The notes under the pieces are model-generated. The model was not told the DNA's origin. It made no database searches and saw only the letters and a program-made list of their open reading frames with translations. 64,000 nt of DNA, from the NCBI GenBank assembly GCA_965197925.1, contig CBDAOC010000020.1:32001-96000 (forward strand). The letters run 5' to 3'. The position numbers and the translations under genes were made by a program. The stretch comes from Nitrososphaerales archaeon. GTDB lineage: Archaea; Thermoproteota; Nitrososphaeria; Nitrososphaerales; UBA213. Of the stretch, positions 29,954 through 41,316 are shown in pieces. The stretch's first letter is position 1, and every line of letters begins with the position of its first letter.

Positions 29954-32900
29954 ATGGAAGATTCAATCAAGATAATAGGAGGAATAAAGTTCTCTGTATG
30001 GTCTCCTAGCGAGGTTAGGAAATATTCTGTGGCTGAAATTACTGCTCCGGAGACTTATGACGAGGATGGCATGTCGGTTCAAGGTGGGTTAATGGATAAT
30101 CGACTTGGTACTTTGGAACCTGGGCAGAAATGCGCCACTTGTGGAAGCACATCAGCAAGATGCCCAGGACACTTTGGTCATATAGAACTTGCAGAACCAG
30201 TTTTGCATATAGCCTTTGTCGATCAGTTGTACAAGCTTCTACTAGTTACATGCAGATCTTGCAACAGAATAAAGTTGCCTCAGGAAGAACTAGATGAATA
30301 CAAATCGAAATTAGTTGATAGACAGGCATATGCAGTATTTACCATTGAAAATATTCGAAAGGATATAATAGAAAAATGTAAGAAGATCAAAAGTTGCTCA
30401 CAATGTGGCAAAAATCAATACGATATCGTTTTTACAAAACCAACAATGTTCGTTGAAAAGACGGATATCGGCGAGAATAGATTACTTCCGATAACGATAA
30501 GAGAGAGGCTTACACATGTACCTGACGATGATCTTATACTGCTAGGGTTCGATCCCAAGACTGCCAGACCAGAATGGTTTATTCTTCAGGCATTACCCGT
30601 ACCTCCTGTTACTGTGAGACCATCTATAATTCTTGAAACTGGTATAAGATCAGAGGATGATATTACTCATAAGCTAGTTGATATTATAAGAGTAAATCAA
30701 AGACTAAAGGAAAGCAAGGAGGCGGGAACACCCCCACTTATTGTACAGGATTTGGTAGATCTGTTACAGTATCATGTTACGACTTACTTTGATAATGAGG
30801 TTTCAGGGATACCCCAGGCTCACCACAGATCAGGAAGACCATTAAAGACATTGACGCAGAGACTGAAAGGCAAGGAAGGGAGGTTCAGAGGAAGCTTGTC
30901 GGGAAAGAGAGTTGATTTTTCTAGTAGAACTGTGATCGCACCAGATCCAAACTTGGATATATCTGAAGTTGGGGTACCGGAAGACATCGTAAAAAAACTG
31001 ACAATTCCTGAAACTGTTTCTGAATGGAATATGGAAAGGTTAAAAGCTCTCATAATGAATGGTCCTAACAAATATCCTGGTGCAAATTACATAATAAGAT
31101 CTGATGGAGTGAAGATCAGACTTGACTTCGTTGTTGATAAGCAAGCCATAGCAGATTCCCTTGCTATAGGATACATTGTTGAGAGACATCTGTCGGATGG
31201 AGATATCGTCATGTTCAACAGACAGCCTTCATTGCATAGAATGTCAATTATGGCTCATTTTGTAAAAGTCTTGCCCTACAGAACATTCAGACTCCATCCT
31301 GCAGTATGCCCTCCATATAATGCTGACTTTGACGGTGACGAGATGAATCTTCACGTGCCCCAAAGCTATGAGGCTAGAGCGGAAGCGATGTTGTTAATGC
31401 AGGTTCATGACCAGCTGATATCACCACGGTATGGAGGTCCGATAATAGGAGCTATTAGGGACTTTATCACTGGGGCATATCTTCTGACCAAAGATGATAC
31501 TCATCTGACGAGGGAGGAGTTTTTTAATCTTGCACTACTTGGGGGTTATAGAGGCCGAAGCCCTAAACCGGAGAAAACAAAAGAAGGGGTAAAGTATTAT
31601 TCAGGAAAACAACTATTTTCACTATTCCTTCCCAAGGACTTTAATTACAATATCACATCGAAATGGTTAAAGAGCGCAAAGACTGGCAAGACTAAAGATG
31701 TAATAATAAAAAATGGTATGATGTTAGGTGGTGTAATAGATAAAGCATCTATCGGCGCGGAGGAACCTGATAGCGTTCTACATAGGATTGCAAAGGACTA
31801 TGGAACAGAAACTGCAAGGAAATTCTTGAACTCAATACTCATTATCTTGAAGGAATTTATAACACAGTATGGATTTACTTATGGTTACGGAGATTTACTA
31901 CTTTCAGCAGAAGCAAGGATGGAGATTAAGGAATTATTGAGGACGGCATATGATAAGGTAGACTTGCTGATCAAGCAATATAAAGAAGGAACACTTCAGC
32001 AGACAAGAGGATTATCACCTGAGGAGACGCTTGAACTTTTTATTGTAAATGAACTTGCTAGATCAAGGGATCGGGCAGGTAAGATAGCAGATAGAGCGTT
32101 TCCAGATGATAATGCTGGTGTGATTATGGCCTCAACTGGTGCTAGGGGTTCAACTCTTAACGTAGGACAGATGACGGCTGCATTGGGTCAGCAGTCCATC
32201 AGGGGTAAAAGAATACAAAAAGGTTTTCATAACAGGGCCGTATCCCATTATTTACAAAATGACACAAACCCTGATGCTAGAGGTTTTGTAAAATCAAACT
32301 ATAGAGACGGGTTGAATCCATTAGAGTTCTTCTTTCATGCTATGGGTGGTAGGGAGGGACTTGTCGATACAGCAGTCAGGACACAACAGAGCGGTTACAT
32401 GCAAAGAAGGCTTATTAATGCTTTAGAACATTTGAAGATAGAATATGACTATACGGTTAGAGATCCACAGGGAGATATTATACAGTATCTTTACGGCGAA
32501 GATGGAATAGATCCAGGTAAAAGCGATCATGGAAGTGCTGTCAATATAGAAAGACTGATCGCGTCAGAATCTATAAATGATGAAGGTAAGAAGGCTACAG
32601 AGACTGAACTTAATGCGGTAATAAAAGATTATGGAAAGTTACTGAACTTCAAAATTTTGGATGATCTTGCGACTGAGTTAAGAAAGAACAAATTGAGCAG
32701 AAAGGGAGTAGAAAAGGTGTGCAATCGAACTCTTGAGCTTGTTGATCTTGCGAGGGCCGAACCCGGAGAGGCTGTAGGCGTTGTTACAGCCCAATCAATA
32801 GGAGAACCTGGAACGCAGATGACCTTGCGAACTTTTCACTTTGCTGGTGTAAAGGAACGCAATGTTACACTTGGTTTGCCTAGACTTATTGAGTTAGTCG

Positions 32901-33754
32901 ACGCAAGAAAGAAACCCGCAACACCAACCATGGATATTTACTTTACAGATGAGCTTAGTGGTTCGCAGGAGCGAGTGTTGAAGATTGCTACAGAAATATT
33001 ATCTACTAAGTTGGTAGATCTTGTGGAAAAGACAGAAACAGATTACAGCACTACAATAAAATTCATACTCGATAGCGAAAAGATGGGAAAACGCGCTTGT
33101 ACTATAGACATGTTAACTGAATTATTGCAGGCTTCAAAAAAGAAACTGGAGATAACTGGTCAAGGCAATATTTTAGTAGTAAAGACCCCAGGAGAAACCG
33201 ATTCACAAACACTAATGACGTTACGGAGCAAGATATTGAATACCAAGGTCAAAGGAGTTCCTGATATAGAACGGGTAACGGTTGTAAAACAGAATGATAA
33301 ATGGATGATACAGACTTCAGGCTCAAATCTTGCGAAGGTACTTGCAATAGAAGGTATAGATCCTACTATGACCATTACTAACAATGTTTATGAAATAGCC
33401 ACAACGTTAGGTATAGAGGCCGCAAGAACCGCCATGATAAAAGAGGTTACCAATACACTTGAAGAACAAGGTCTAGAGGTAGATATGAGGCACATTATGC
33501 TTGTTTCAGATTTGATGACATCTAAGGGATACTTACAACAAATTGGAAGGCATGGAATAGCTGGAACAAAGACAAGTGTGCTTGCGAGAGCTGCTTTTGA
33601 AATTACGGTTCCAACAATTGCACAGGCAGCATTGAAGGGTGAGATCGAATCATTGAAGGGTGTAACAGAAAATGTAATAGTAGGTTCAACTATACCAGTT
33701 GGGACAGGAATGGTGGAGTTATATATGAAAGTCGACGAAACAAGTAACTCATAA
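29954..33754 (+). CDS. rpoA: RNA polymerase subunit Rpo1 (A'A'' fused)
   Basis: NADFDGDEMN and 'AQSIGEPGTQMTLRTFHFAG' in one 1266-aa ORF. Confidence 0.99.
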   Translation: MEDSIKIIGGIKFSVWSPSEVRKYSVAEITAPETYDEDGMSVQGGLMDNRLGTLEPGQKCATCGSTSARCPGHFGHIELAEPVLHIAFVDQLYKLLLVTCRSCNRIKLPQEELDEYKSKLVDRQAYAVFTIENIRKDIIEKCKKIKSCSQCGKNQYDIVFTKPTMFVEKTDIGENRLLPITIRERLTHVPDDDLILLGFDPKTARPEWFILQALPVPPVTVRPSIILETGIRSEDDITHKLVDIIRVNQRLKESKEAGTPPLIVQDLVDLLQYHVTTYFDNEVSGIPQAHHRSGRPLKTLTQRLKGKEGRFRGSLSGKRVDFSSRTVIAPDPNLDISEVGVPEDIVKKLTIPETVSEWNMERLKALIMNGPNKYPGANYIIRSDGVKIRLDFVVDKQAIADSLAIGYIVERHLSDGDIVMFNRQPSLHRMSIMAHFVKVLPYRTFRLHPAVCPPYNADFDGDEMNLHVPQSYEARAEAMLLMQVHDQLISPRYGGPIIGAIRDFITGAYLLTKDDTHLTREEFFNLALLGGYRGRSPKPEKTKEGVKYYSGKQLFSLFLPKDFNYNITSKWLKSAKTGKTKDVIIKNGMMLGGVIDKASIGAEEPDSVLHRIAKDYGTETARKFLNSILIILKEFITQYGFTYGYGDLLLSAEARMEIKELLRTAYDKVDLLIKQYKEGTLQQTRGLSPEETLELFIVNELARSRDRAGKIADRAFPDDNAGVIMASTGARGSTLNVGQMTAALGQQSIRGKRIQKGFHNRAVSHYLQNDTNPDARGFVKSNYRDGLNPLEFFFHAMGGREGLVDTAVRTQQSGYMQRRLINALEHLKIEYDYTVRDPQGDIIQYLYGEDGIDPGKSDHGSAVNIERLIASESINDEGKKATETELNAVIKDYGKLLNFKILDDLATELRKNKLSRKGVEKVCNRTLELVDLARAEPGEAVGVVTAQSIGEPGTQMTLRTFHFAGVKERNVTLGLPRLIELVDARKKPATPTMDIYFTDELSGSQERVLKIATEILSTKLVDLVEKTETDYSTTIKFILDSEKMGKRACTIDMLTELLQASKKKLEITGQGNILVVKTPGETDSQTLMTLRSKILNTKVKGVPDIERVTVVKQNDKWMIQTSGSNLAKVLAIEGIDPTMTITNNVYEIATTLGIEAARTAMIKEVTNTLEEQGLEVDMRHIMLVSDLMTSKGYLQQIGRHGIAGTKTSVLARAAFEITVPTIAQAALKGEIESLKGVTENVIVGSTIPVGTGMVELYMKVDETSNS

Positions 33755-34998
33755 TTAATATTCTAGAGTATACCCGATATACTTGTTCAAGTGGTTAAAG
33801 CAATAATGAGAAGTCAATAAGGGGATGAGAGATACATTAATAAAACTTCCAACATAAAACTTGAGATACAATATCAAACCATTGTTAAATAAATTACTTT
33901 CTGAAAAGTGTTTTTCTGTGAATCAAGTGGTATTCTCACAAATTGGTGCTAGTGATTTTAAGTATTTCTTTTTCCACTTCATTTGGGGTATATGTCAGTC
34001 TCGTAGATAATATATGCAAATTGAAGAATGTTCAGGGGTATTCTATGAAGAAGGTAAGTTGTTTCGAGATAGGAATATCCAGAAAGAACAAAATACAGTC
34101 AATTGTACTGGGAATGAAATACTCCAACATAAATTCAGTAACCATTATTTCTAGTCTCACTACGAGTAGAACTATTAATGTTATTTTGGTGGAGGAGTCA
34201 TTCTTTCTCAAAACCTTGTCTGAAACTGTAACGGCGTTATCGAGTATTGTTGCTAATCTTGCAATGATATTTAGCATTTCAATACCTCACAATGACATTA
34301 TTAACTACATGATACTCAGCCATGTTAGCATTAATGGATTGTTTAGACCAAGTTATCTTCAAAAATCAAAGTCTTTTTCATAACCCTATCACGAACCTTG
34401 TAGCCTGAATTAATTCTGGTTACCATTATTGAAGGGAGATCGGCAACCTGAGAAATTAGTAAAAATTCATTATATAAATAAACTAATTATGCAAACTCGT
34501 GATATTTAAGTCAAAGTAATCCATCGTAAAAAGTATGCAAAAAATCACAATAACACAAAAGGATCAATTTTATCATGTGTCCCGAAACCAAGTATTGGAA
34601 GAGATTAGAGTTTTAGGATTGATTGATTGATTCAGAAGGTAATATTGATATTTCTAGTTATTATGATGTGATGAAATTAAGAAAGCTCTATATGTATAAA
34701 ATATGTAACAAACACAATAAAGCTTCTCTTTCGAAGCGCACTTACAGGCAGCATATTCAACAAGAACATGCTTATTAATTTCGCATTAATTACCAAATAA
34801 GATTCGTAAATTTGGAAAATAATATACTCGAAAGAGGTAAAACGGTAGGCTGTACAAGGACAGGGATAAAGTGAGTTTATATTTAAATAAGTTCAAACGC
34901 AAAAATCAATCAATATGCAAGCCGATTAGGAATCATTCTGTGCCTAAATTGTAAAAAGTGGGTATGCTCACTTGGCATTTTGAATAATTGAGAAGAGA

Positions 34999-35247
34999 TT
35001 AGTACAACCATACTCGAAATGGCTCCTTAACATACCTCCTAAAAATGCTGAAGACTTCCCTAGAGGTTTTGACATATTCCCACTTTTCACCACTCCCCAT
35101 ACAGATGTTCACCGTATATTCATTTGCGCTTCTCGTAATGAATGTAAGGAATCCGGCGTCATCTTGGATTCTAATACCCTCATCTAAATCGAGTTGCGTT
35201 AGTGTTCTGAAAAGATCATTAGACTTAATCTCTTTTTCCCTATACAT
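34999..35247 (-). CDS. Hypothetical protein
   Basis: 82-aa ORF divergent from the CysRS-like gene. Confidence 0.6.
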   Translation of the reverse strand: MYREKEIKSNDLFRTLTQLDLDEGIRIQDDAGFLTFITRSANEYTVNICMGSGEKWEYVKTSREVFSIFRRYVKEPFRVWLY

Positions 35248-35352
35248 GCAGTAAATACAATGTTTATGCTATATCAATCATTCAAGTTTAATTAGTAATC
35301 TAACCTTAAAATGCTATATGGTTTATAGAACGTTCAAGCATATAAGTTAAGG

Positions 35353-36531
35353 TTGGTAACAATATTCAATACTCTGAGCATGCAAAAGGAACGGTTCCAA
35401 TCGTTAGATCATCCCAGTGTTAGGATATTCATTTGTGGACCAACTCTTTACGATTATGCGCATCTGGGTCATGCTAGAGTAATTTTGATGTGTGATGTCA
35501 TTGCGAGGTATCTCAAATCTAAAGGCTATAAGCCATTCATATTGTTGAATCTTACTGATATCGATCCTAAGGTGTTTAACCAATCAAGAAGAGAGAATCT
35601 AGACTACAAAAGTATGACCAGAAAGTACAATGAAGAACTAAAGAAGGATCTAACATTGTTCAATGTTGAAAATATAAATGCCATTGCGATGGCAGGAAAT
35701 TATATTGAACATATAAAAAAGAATATTACAAAACTGCTCGAAGAAGGTTATGCGTATTCTGCCAACGGAAATATTTATTTTAATACAATGAAAACGGGAG
35801 GATATGGGACACTTTCACATCAAAGTGTGAAAGAAATGGCTATACATAGAATCGATCTTGCTCCAAACAAGAAGAATCATTTTGATTTTCTTATATGGAA
35901 TTGTAGAGACAGCTTCGATATATATTGGAAAAGTGATTATGGTGCAGGCATACCATGGTGGCATATACAGGATACCACTATTGCAATCTGCGTTTTCCAA
36001 TCACGATATGATATTCATTGTGGCGCTAGGGAATTGCTTTATCCACATCACGAAGCTCATCTAGCACAAATGAAAGCACTAACTAAAGAAGAGAGACCAA
36101 TAGGATATTGGGTCCATACTGGGATATTGAAAATAAATGGTAAAAAAATGAGCAAGTCCACAGGAAATGTCATTTTTATACGTGATGCAGTGATGAAGTA
36201 TGGTTCCAACGCTCTACGTCTGTATATTTTGTCGAAGCATTACAGAGAAGATATAATCTTTGATGAAAACGAGCTTGTAGCAATTAAAGGGAAAGTTACA
36301 CTAATTCACAATGCGTTGCATAAGCTGACAAATGCTACACAGAGAGTAGAGGAAGAAAACATGTTTGTTGATCAGTTTTATAATGCAATGGACAATGATC
36401 TGGATACTCCAGGCGCCATTACTGCCTTAATAGAACTTTGCGAATATATTGTAGACGAAAATATTACACCAAATAAAGTGCTGAAGGGCGAATTAGATAA
36501 GATGCTTGCCATTGTTGGTTTAATACCATGA
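35353..36531 (+). CDS. Truncated cysteinyl-tRNA-synthetase paralogue (class I ligase)
   Basis: CGPT..HLGH and KMSKS motifs plus a DALR-like 'AMDNDLDTPGA'. Only 392 aa, with no C-terminal anticodon domain; WHIQD replaces WHIEC. Confidence 0.85.
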   Translation: MVTIFNTLSMQKERFQSLDHPSVRIFICGPTLYDYAHLGHARVILMCDVIARYLKSKGYKPFILLNLTDIDPKVFNQSRRENLDYKSMTRKYNEELKKDLTLFNVENINAIAMAGNYIEHIKKNITKLLEEGYAYSANGNIYFNTMKTGGYGTLSHQSVKEMAIHRIDLAPNKKNHFDFLIWNCRDSFDIYWKSDYGAGIPWWHIQDTTIAICVFQSRYDIHCGARELLYPHHEAHLAQMKALTKEERPIGYWVHTGILKINGKKMSKSTGNVIFIRDAVMKYGSNALRLYILSKHYREDIIFDENELVAIKGKVTLIHNALHKLTNATQRVEEENMFVDQFYNAMDNDLDTPGAITALIELCEYIVDENITPNKVLKGELDKMLAIVGLIP

Positions 36532-37259
36532 GGATAAAAGATATGGAGGATAATGAAAACAGTTTCGTTGCTTTATGGAGTAATAAATTGCAACTCGATT
36601 GCGCCGTACTATATTCAAATTCCGAAATGAATGATGATCAATTTTTCAATAGGGTTACTGACATAAACTGTCGTGAATATGGTGTTGTAATAGAAAGAAT
36701 AGAAAGAGAGTTTGCTAAACGTAGAGTTAAACCATTTGTATATTGTCAAGGGAATAATATCCTAAGTGAAGAACTTAAGCGGAGAAATTATGTTCTACAT
36801 GATTCAATGCATGTATTACAATTTAGTGGAGCAAATCTGAAAATTCCTGACAACATTAGGATTGATCGTGTAGACAACACCAATATGGGTTATTGGGTGT
36901 CTGTTTTCTGCATGGCTTTTCAATCTGAGAATTGGTATACTGAAATAAGAAGGATAGTTACTGAGACATTAGATAGAATACAGTTCTATGTGGCTTACTT
37001 CGATGCGAAGCCTGCAGGATGTAGTGCATATTATGTAAAGAATGCCTTGCTTGGACTCTATTCTTTAGGAACATTAAGCAATTACAGGGATAAAGGAATA
37101 GCTACTGCTTTAATTGCTAAAGCTGCAAATATAGCTAGTGAAAAAAAAATAACACTTTACCTACAGACATTTAGGGCAGATGGGTTTCTAGGTATTTACA
37201 AAAAGCTTGGATTTACACAGGTATACACAAAAGAGGTTTGGAGTAAAGAGAAGGGATAA
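36528..37259 (+). CDS. GNAT-family N-acetyltransferase
   Basis: 'LGTLSNYRDKGIATALI' acetyl-CoA motif A and 'IYKKLGF'; ATGA overlap with the upstream gene. Confidence 0.88.
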   Translation: MRIKDMEDNENSFVALWSNKLQLDCAVLYSNSEMNDDQFFNRVTDINCREYGVVIERIEREFAKRRVKPFVYCQGNNILSEELKRRNYVLHDSMHVLQFSGANLKIPDNIRIDRVDNTNMGYWVSVFCMAFQSENWYTEIRRIVTETLDRIQFYVAYFDAKPAGCSAYYVKNALLGLYSLGTLSNYRDKGIATALIAKAANIASEKKITLYLQTFRADGFLGIYKKLGFTQVYTKEVWSKEKG

Positions 37260-37715
37260 CATCAGATAGGAGTAGTTGATTAAAACATACTCCAGATTTA
37301 TAAAAAAAAACTATTACAAGGCTTAATGAATCGCTGCTTGTAGTGAAAAGATTTCATAACCTCCAGATGGTAAGACCTATTACCAGTATATTAACTGGTG
37401 ATAGAAACAATTTTTTTGTTAAACGCTACTGTAACGAAAAAATCTCATAAGGTGTCAAATAGCGACACCAACCAATTAATACTTAAATTGCCGTTTCATT
37501 GGATTAACGTTCAAATCACTACTAGGATTTTATACCTTGTTGATAATTTCATCTCGATCGATATATTTTGACTAGGACATCATTTCCATAAACTCATATT
37601 TCCATAAACTTATTTTGAAGTAAATAATAGGCTCCCACAACCTAATATTCAAGACGGTTGGTATTGGACAAGGGATTGCTTTCCCAACTCTTTATAAGAA
37701 AGACCACAAATTATA

Positions 37716-38669
37716 TCAAGCTAACTGATGTGAATCAAGTTTCTTGAGTAATGCAGCGAACAGGAATGGGACAACTATAGTTGCCTCTCCTTGTACAGTG
37801 ATATATCTGGCATTTCTATTCACTTTACCCCAAGAGATCGCTTCTCTAATAGGTGCGCCACTTAAGCTACCATCATATTCAGACGCTGTTGTTATGTATG
37901 CTGCGTAATCTAGCCCACCTCTGAACTGATTCCACCATAATGTGTGATGTTTAGATATGCCTCCTCCGATTATAAAAGCACCGGATTTCTTCGCATTGAA
38001 GACATCTTCTGATAATTTATCAGAATCTTTTATGAGATTTATCTTAAAATCCCGGTGATTCTGAGCAAATAACCATATCTGGCTCCCCACTGCGCCGTCC
38101 ATAATACCAGGTACAAATACCGGAATGTTATTCTTACTTGCCCAATACAGAAAAGATGAAGTCTTAAGGTTTTTGCCAAACATTTCGCATAGTTCATGTG
38201 TTGAGATTTCTTTCTTTCCTGTGGAGTAAATACCTTTAAGGAATTTTTGTACTTTGTTTTCTAACAAAGGTCCATAATTCTTTGTTGGTATTAAGACGTT
38301 ACCAAGCCTATGTATATTACTTGAAGCAAGTTTAACGTCATCAAGACTAAAATTACCATCGTAATAGTCTGAGTACGTCCTCGCGATATCATGATCTAAG
38401 GCGCCACAGGTTGTTATTACCGCATCAAAAAGTTTCATTTTTATCATATCTTTAATTATCCCACGCAAGCCCGTTGAGATTACTGAACCAACGAAAGAAA
38501 TGAATTTGAAACATTGTTTGTCATCAAGCATATCGAACAGTATTTGCAGGGCTTCTGACATGTGCTTGGCAACAAAACCACCCGAATTGGACATTTGGTC
38601 GAATACAGAATTGATATCGGAATAATTATTTAGACTGATGTCTCTTACACGTTTGTTAAGATATTTCAT
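37716..38669 (-). CDS. dys: Deoxyhypusine synthase
   Basis: 'IGGGISKHH' and 'DGSLSGA..EAISWGKV' motifs. Confidence 0.93.
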   Translation of the reverse strand: MKYLNKRVRDISLNNYSDINSVFDQMSNSGGFVAKHMSEALQILFDMLDDKQCFKFISFVGSVISTGLRGIIKDMIKMKLFDAVITTCGALDHDIARTYSDYYDGNFSLDDVKLASSNIHRLGNVLIPTKNYGPLLENKVQKFLKGIYSTGKKEISTHELCEMFGKNLKTSSFLYWASKNNIPVFVPGIMDGAVGSQIWLFAQNHRDFKINLIKDSDKLSEDVFNAKKSGAFIIGGGISKHHTLWWNQFRGGLDYAAYITTASEYDGSLSGAPIREAISWGKVNRNARYITVQGEATIVVPFLFAALLKKLDSHQLA

Positions 38670-38747
38670 ATGCTTGCTATAGTGTTGAGATATAAATTGT
38701 TTAAGAAAATGGAAAAGATTATTTTATCCTAATCATGGCCTAACTAT

Positions 38748-39815
38748 GTGGTCAAAAAAGTAAAGGTCGCAATTGTTGGTATTGGCAATTGTGCTTCTGC
38801 ATTGATCCAAGGAACAAAATATTATTCTGAGAATAATAATGACGCAATTGGACTTACGGAATATAACTTGGCTGGTATTGAACCTGGTGGGCTAGAGTTT
38901 GTAGCTGCGTTTGATGTTGCAGAAACTAAAGTTGGAAAAGATCTTTCAGAAGCTATTTTTGCCAAACCTAATAACACAGTGAAGATATGTGATGTTGAAA
39001 CTACAGGTATAAAGGTTGAGAAAGGTAATGTGTTGGATGGAGTAGGCAGACATCTAAGTGATGTTTTAAAAATATCTAATACTCCTACTGTTGATGTGAA
39101 CAAGAGATTGAAGGAATCCGGTGCTGAGGTTCTTGTCAATTATTTACCTGTAGGAAGCAGAGATGCAACGAGGTTCTATGCAGAAAAATCACTTGAAGCT
39201 GGTTGCGCATTCATAAATGCAATACCTGTGTTTATTGCATCAGACCTTAAGTGGCAACAAGCATTTCTAGAGAAGAGTCTACCCATTGCAGGTGATGATG
39301 TAATGAGCCAGATTGGTGCAACGGTACTGCACAAAAGTTTGGTGAAGTTACTTGTTGATAGAGGTGTAAAGGTGGATGAGACATACCAACTGAATATTGG
39401 AGGTGATACTGATTTTTATAACATGCTGGATGAAGAAAGACTTGAGGATAAGAGAGAGAGTAAGTCAAGTGCTGTAAAAGCAATGATTCCTTATGAAGTT
39501 CCAATGCGAATAGGCCCAAGTGATTTTGTTCATTTTCTAGATAATGAAAAAGTATGTCATGTATATCTAAAAGGGAGATACTTTGGAAACATCCCAGTTG
39601 AAATTAATGTAAAATTGAATGTAATAGACGCATATAATAGTGCAGGAGTGATGATTGATGCGATTCGTGGAACAAGGGTCGCATTGGATCGTTCTATAGC
39701 TGGACCATTAACAAGTATATCCGCATACTGCTTTAAACATCCACCTCAACAAATGCCATATACAGATGCGAAAATGGCATTTAGAGAGTTTATTTATGGT
39801 AAAAGGGAGCGCTAA
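38748..39815 (+). CDS. ino1: Myo-inositol-1-phosphate synthase
   Basis: 'VGIGNCASAL', 'NYLPVGS', 'GDDVMSQIGAT' and 'YQLNIGGDTDF' motifs. Confidence 0.95.
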   Translation: MVKKVKVAIVGIGNCASALIQGTKYYSENNNDAIGLTEYNLAGIEPGGLEFVAAFDVAETKVGKDLSEAIFAKPNNTVKICDVETTGIKVEKGNVLDGVGRHLSDVLKISNTPTVDVNKRLKESGAEVLVNYLPVGSRDATRFYAEKSLEAGCAFINAIPVFIASDLKWQQAFLEKSLPIAGDDVMSQIGATVLHKSLVKLLVDRGVKVDETYQLNIGGDTDFYNMLDEERLEDKRESKSSAVKAMIPYEVPMRIGPSDFVHFLDNEKVCHVYLKGRYFGNIPVEINVKLNVIDAYNSAGVMIDAIRGTRVALDRSIAGPLTSISAYCFKHPPQQMPYTDAKMAFREFIYGKRER

Positions 39816-40570
39816 AGTGATTTATAGATATCACTTTTGACGTCTTCAAATCGTATCTCACGGGTCCTTCTAGCATTATGGATATCAATATCCATAACTA
39901 ATATCTGCTCGTTTACAGATGCTAAAGCGTGCTTTGGAACTGCTATGTTGGTCTTTTCATCGTATTCCAAATCAACGATCATGCTCTTCCCTCCAAACTG
40001 CTTGTTGCACATATTTGGAGCTGCTACAGGAATTCTGTTCTCAAGTGCCCTAACCTGAAGATATAGATGCCAAGGTATTATACCTCCCTCTCTTATGCGT
40101 GAGGGATAAAATATCAAATCCGCACCTTTGCGAGTGATGGCCCTAGATACCTCAGGAAAGACAATATCGTGACAAATTGATATACCAAATTTATATTTTC
40201 CAGCAGTAAATATCTCAACTCGGTTTCCACTTTGGACCATTTTACGTTCTTCCCCAAATGGATGTATCTTCAATTGCCTACCTATTATCCTGCCTCGATA
40301 GTCAATAACAGGGCACGAAATATATCTAATGTTTCTTATATATTCCATGAATGCTCCTGCTATTACAATAGTATCACACTTGTTTGCAAAATCAATTATT
40401 TGGCCGAATTCTTCTTCAAAATTCTCTATATTCTTTGGATACCATTGTTCGGGTAGACATACAATGTCTGGCTCCGCAGCTTCTGCGTTTTTAAGAAGTT
40501 TAATCACCGACTCTACCGATTTTTCTGTATCTTCCTGCATTTGTAGCTGTAAAAGTGCAATCCTCACCAT
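39812..40570 (-). CDS. Carbon-nitrogen hydrolase (nitrilase superfamily)
   Basis: E-K-C triad: LPEQW, QLKIHP, ICHD. Confidence 0.9.
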   Translation of the reverse strand: MVRIALLQLQMQEDTEKSVESVIKLLKNAEAAEPDIVCLPEQWYPKNIENFEEEFGQIIDFANKCDTIVIAGAFMEYIRNIRYISCPVIDYRGRIIGRQLKIHPFGEERKMVQSGNRVEIFTAGKYKFGISICHDIVFPEVSRAITRKGADLIFYPSRIREGGIIPWHLYLQVRALENRIPVAAPNMCNKQFGGKSMIVDLEYDEKTNIAVPKHALASVNEQILVMDIDIHNARRTREIRFEDVKSDIYKSL

Positions 40571-40917
40571 AGAGCATTCACATATCTTTCAGATATTAAT
40601 TGATTTAGGTATTAAATAACCTAATTGTGGCGTTTCATCTCATATCGTTGGGTATTTTCTTTCTTGATAAAGTATGGAATTATTCAATTAGACTGTTCCG
40701 TCTTTTAAAAGACCTTCTCTTACTAATAAATAGTTTCAAACCTTTATCTATACAAAAAATTAATTATGTTTGAATTTTGAATCCTATGACATTACTTTGG
40801 GTGGACAGAACATTCGAATACTTTGAAGAACGTTATAAACAACTAGGTAACTTTTCCATGATCTTTTCAGATGAATAGAGCGGAAAGTATATAATCTATA
40901 ATTACAAACAGCAAAAA

Positions 40918-41250
40918 GTGCCTTCCAATAAAAAACGAAATAAAGTAAAATCTAAAGCGAAGATGGCAGCTAAACACATAAAGGAATTAGGGATAGAACT
41001 TGGGAAGGTTGCTGGAGAATCGGGAACCGATATTGGAAGAAAAAGTTCTAACAGGGCAACAATGATAGCAAAGTCAGCTAATGTTAATGCGACAAAATTA
41101 AGGAAGAAAGGACTATTGGTAATGAAGAAATTAACATTATCTCCTGAGGAGAATTTAGCTCTGCTAAGAGTTAGCCACACTTAGAGAACGCGGCGTGATC
41201 ACGGAGAAAGAGTTTTTAGCAAAGAAAAGAGAAATACTGATAGAGTTTAG
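40918..41250 (+). pseudogene. SHOCT-domain protein, frameshifted
   Basis: After ~41170 another frame reads LATLRERGVITEKEFLAKKREIL (SHOCT pattern); end approximate. Confidence 0.6.
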
Positions 41251-41316
41251 GAATTTACTTAATCATAGTTGGAATCCCAGCAAAGGATTTAAACAAAGGA
41301 ATAGCACTACTTCTCG

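Noticed and set aside
26833..33384. Many 60-110-aa antisense ORFs inside rpoB/rpoA (and similar ones in other long genes)
   Set aside because: Shadow ORFs opposite well-supported genes.
29954..33754. Fused RpoA'/A'' as a novelty
   Set aside because: Known feature of Nitrososphaerota; used only as a taxonomic clue.
33943..34383. 146-aa ORF(+) and 81-aa ORF(-) after rpoA
   Set aside because: Low-complexity, shadow-like composition with no motif; probably antisense to a decayed gene.
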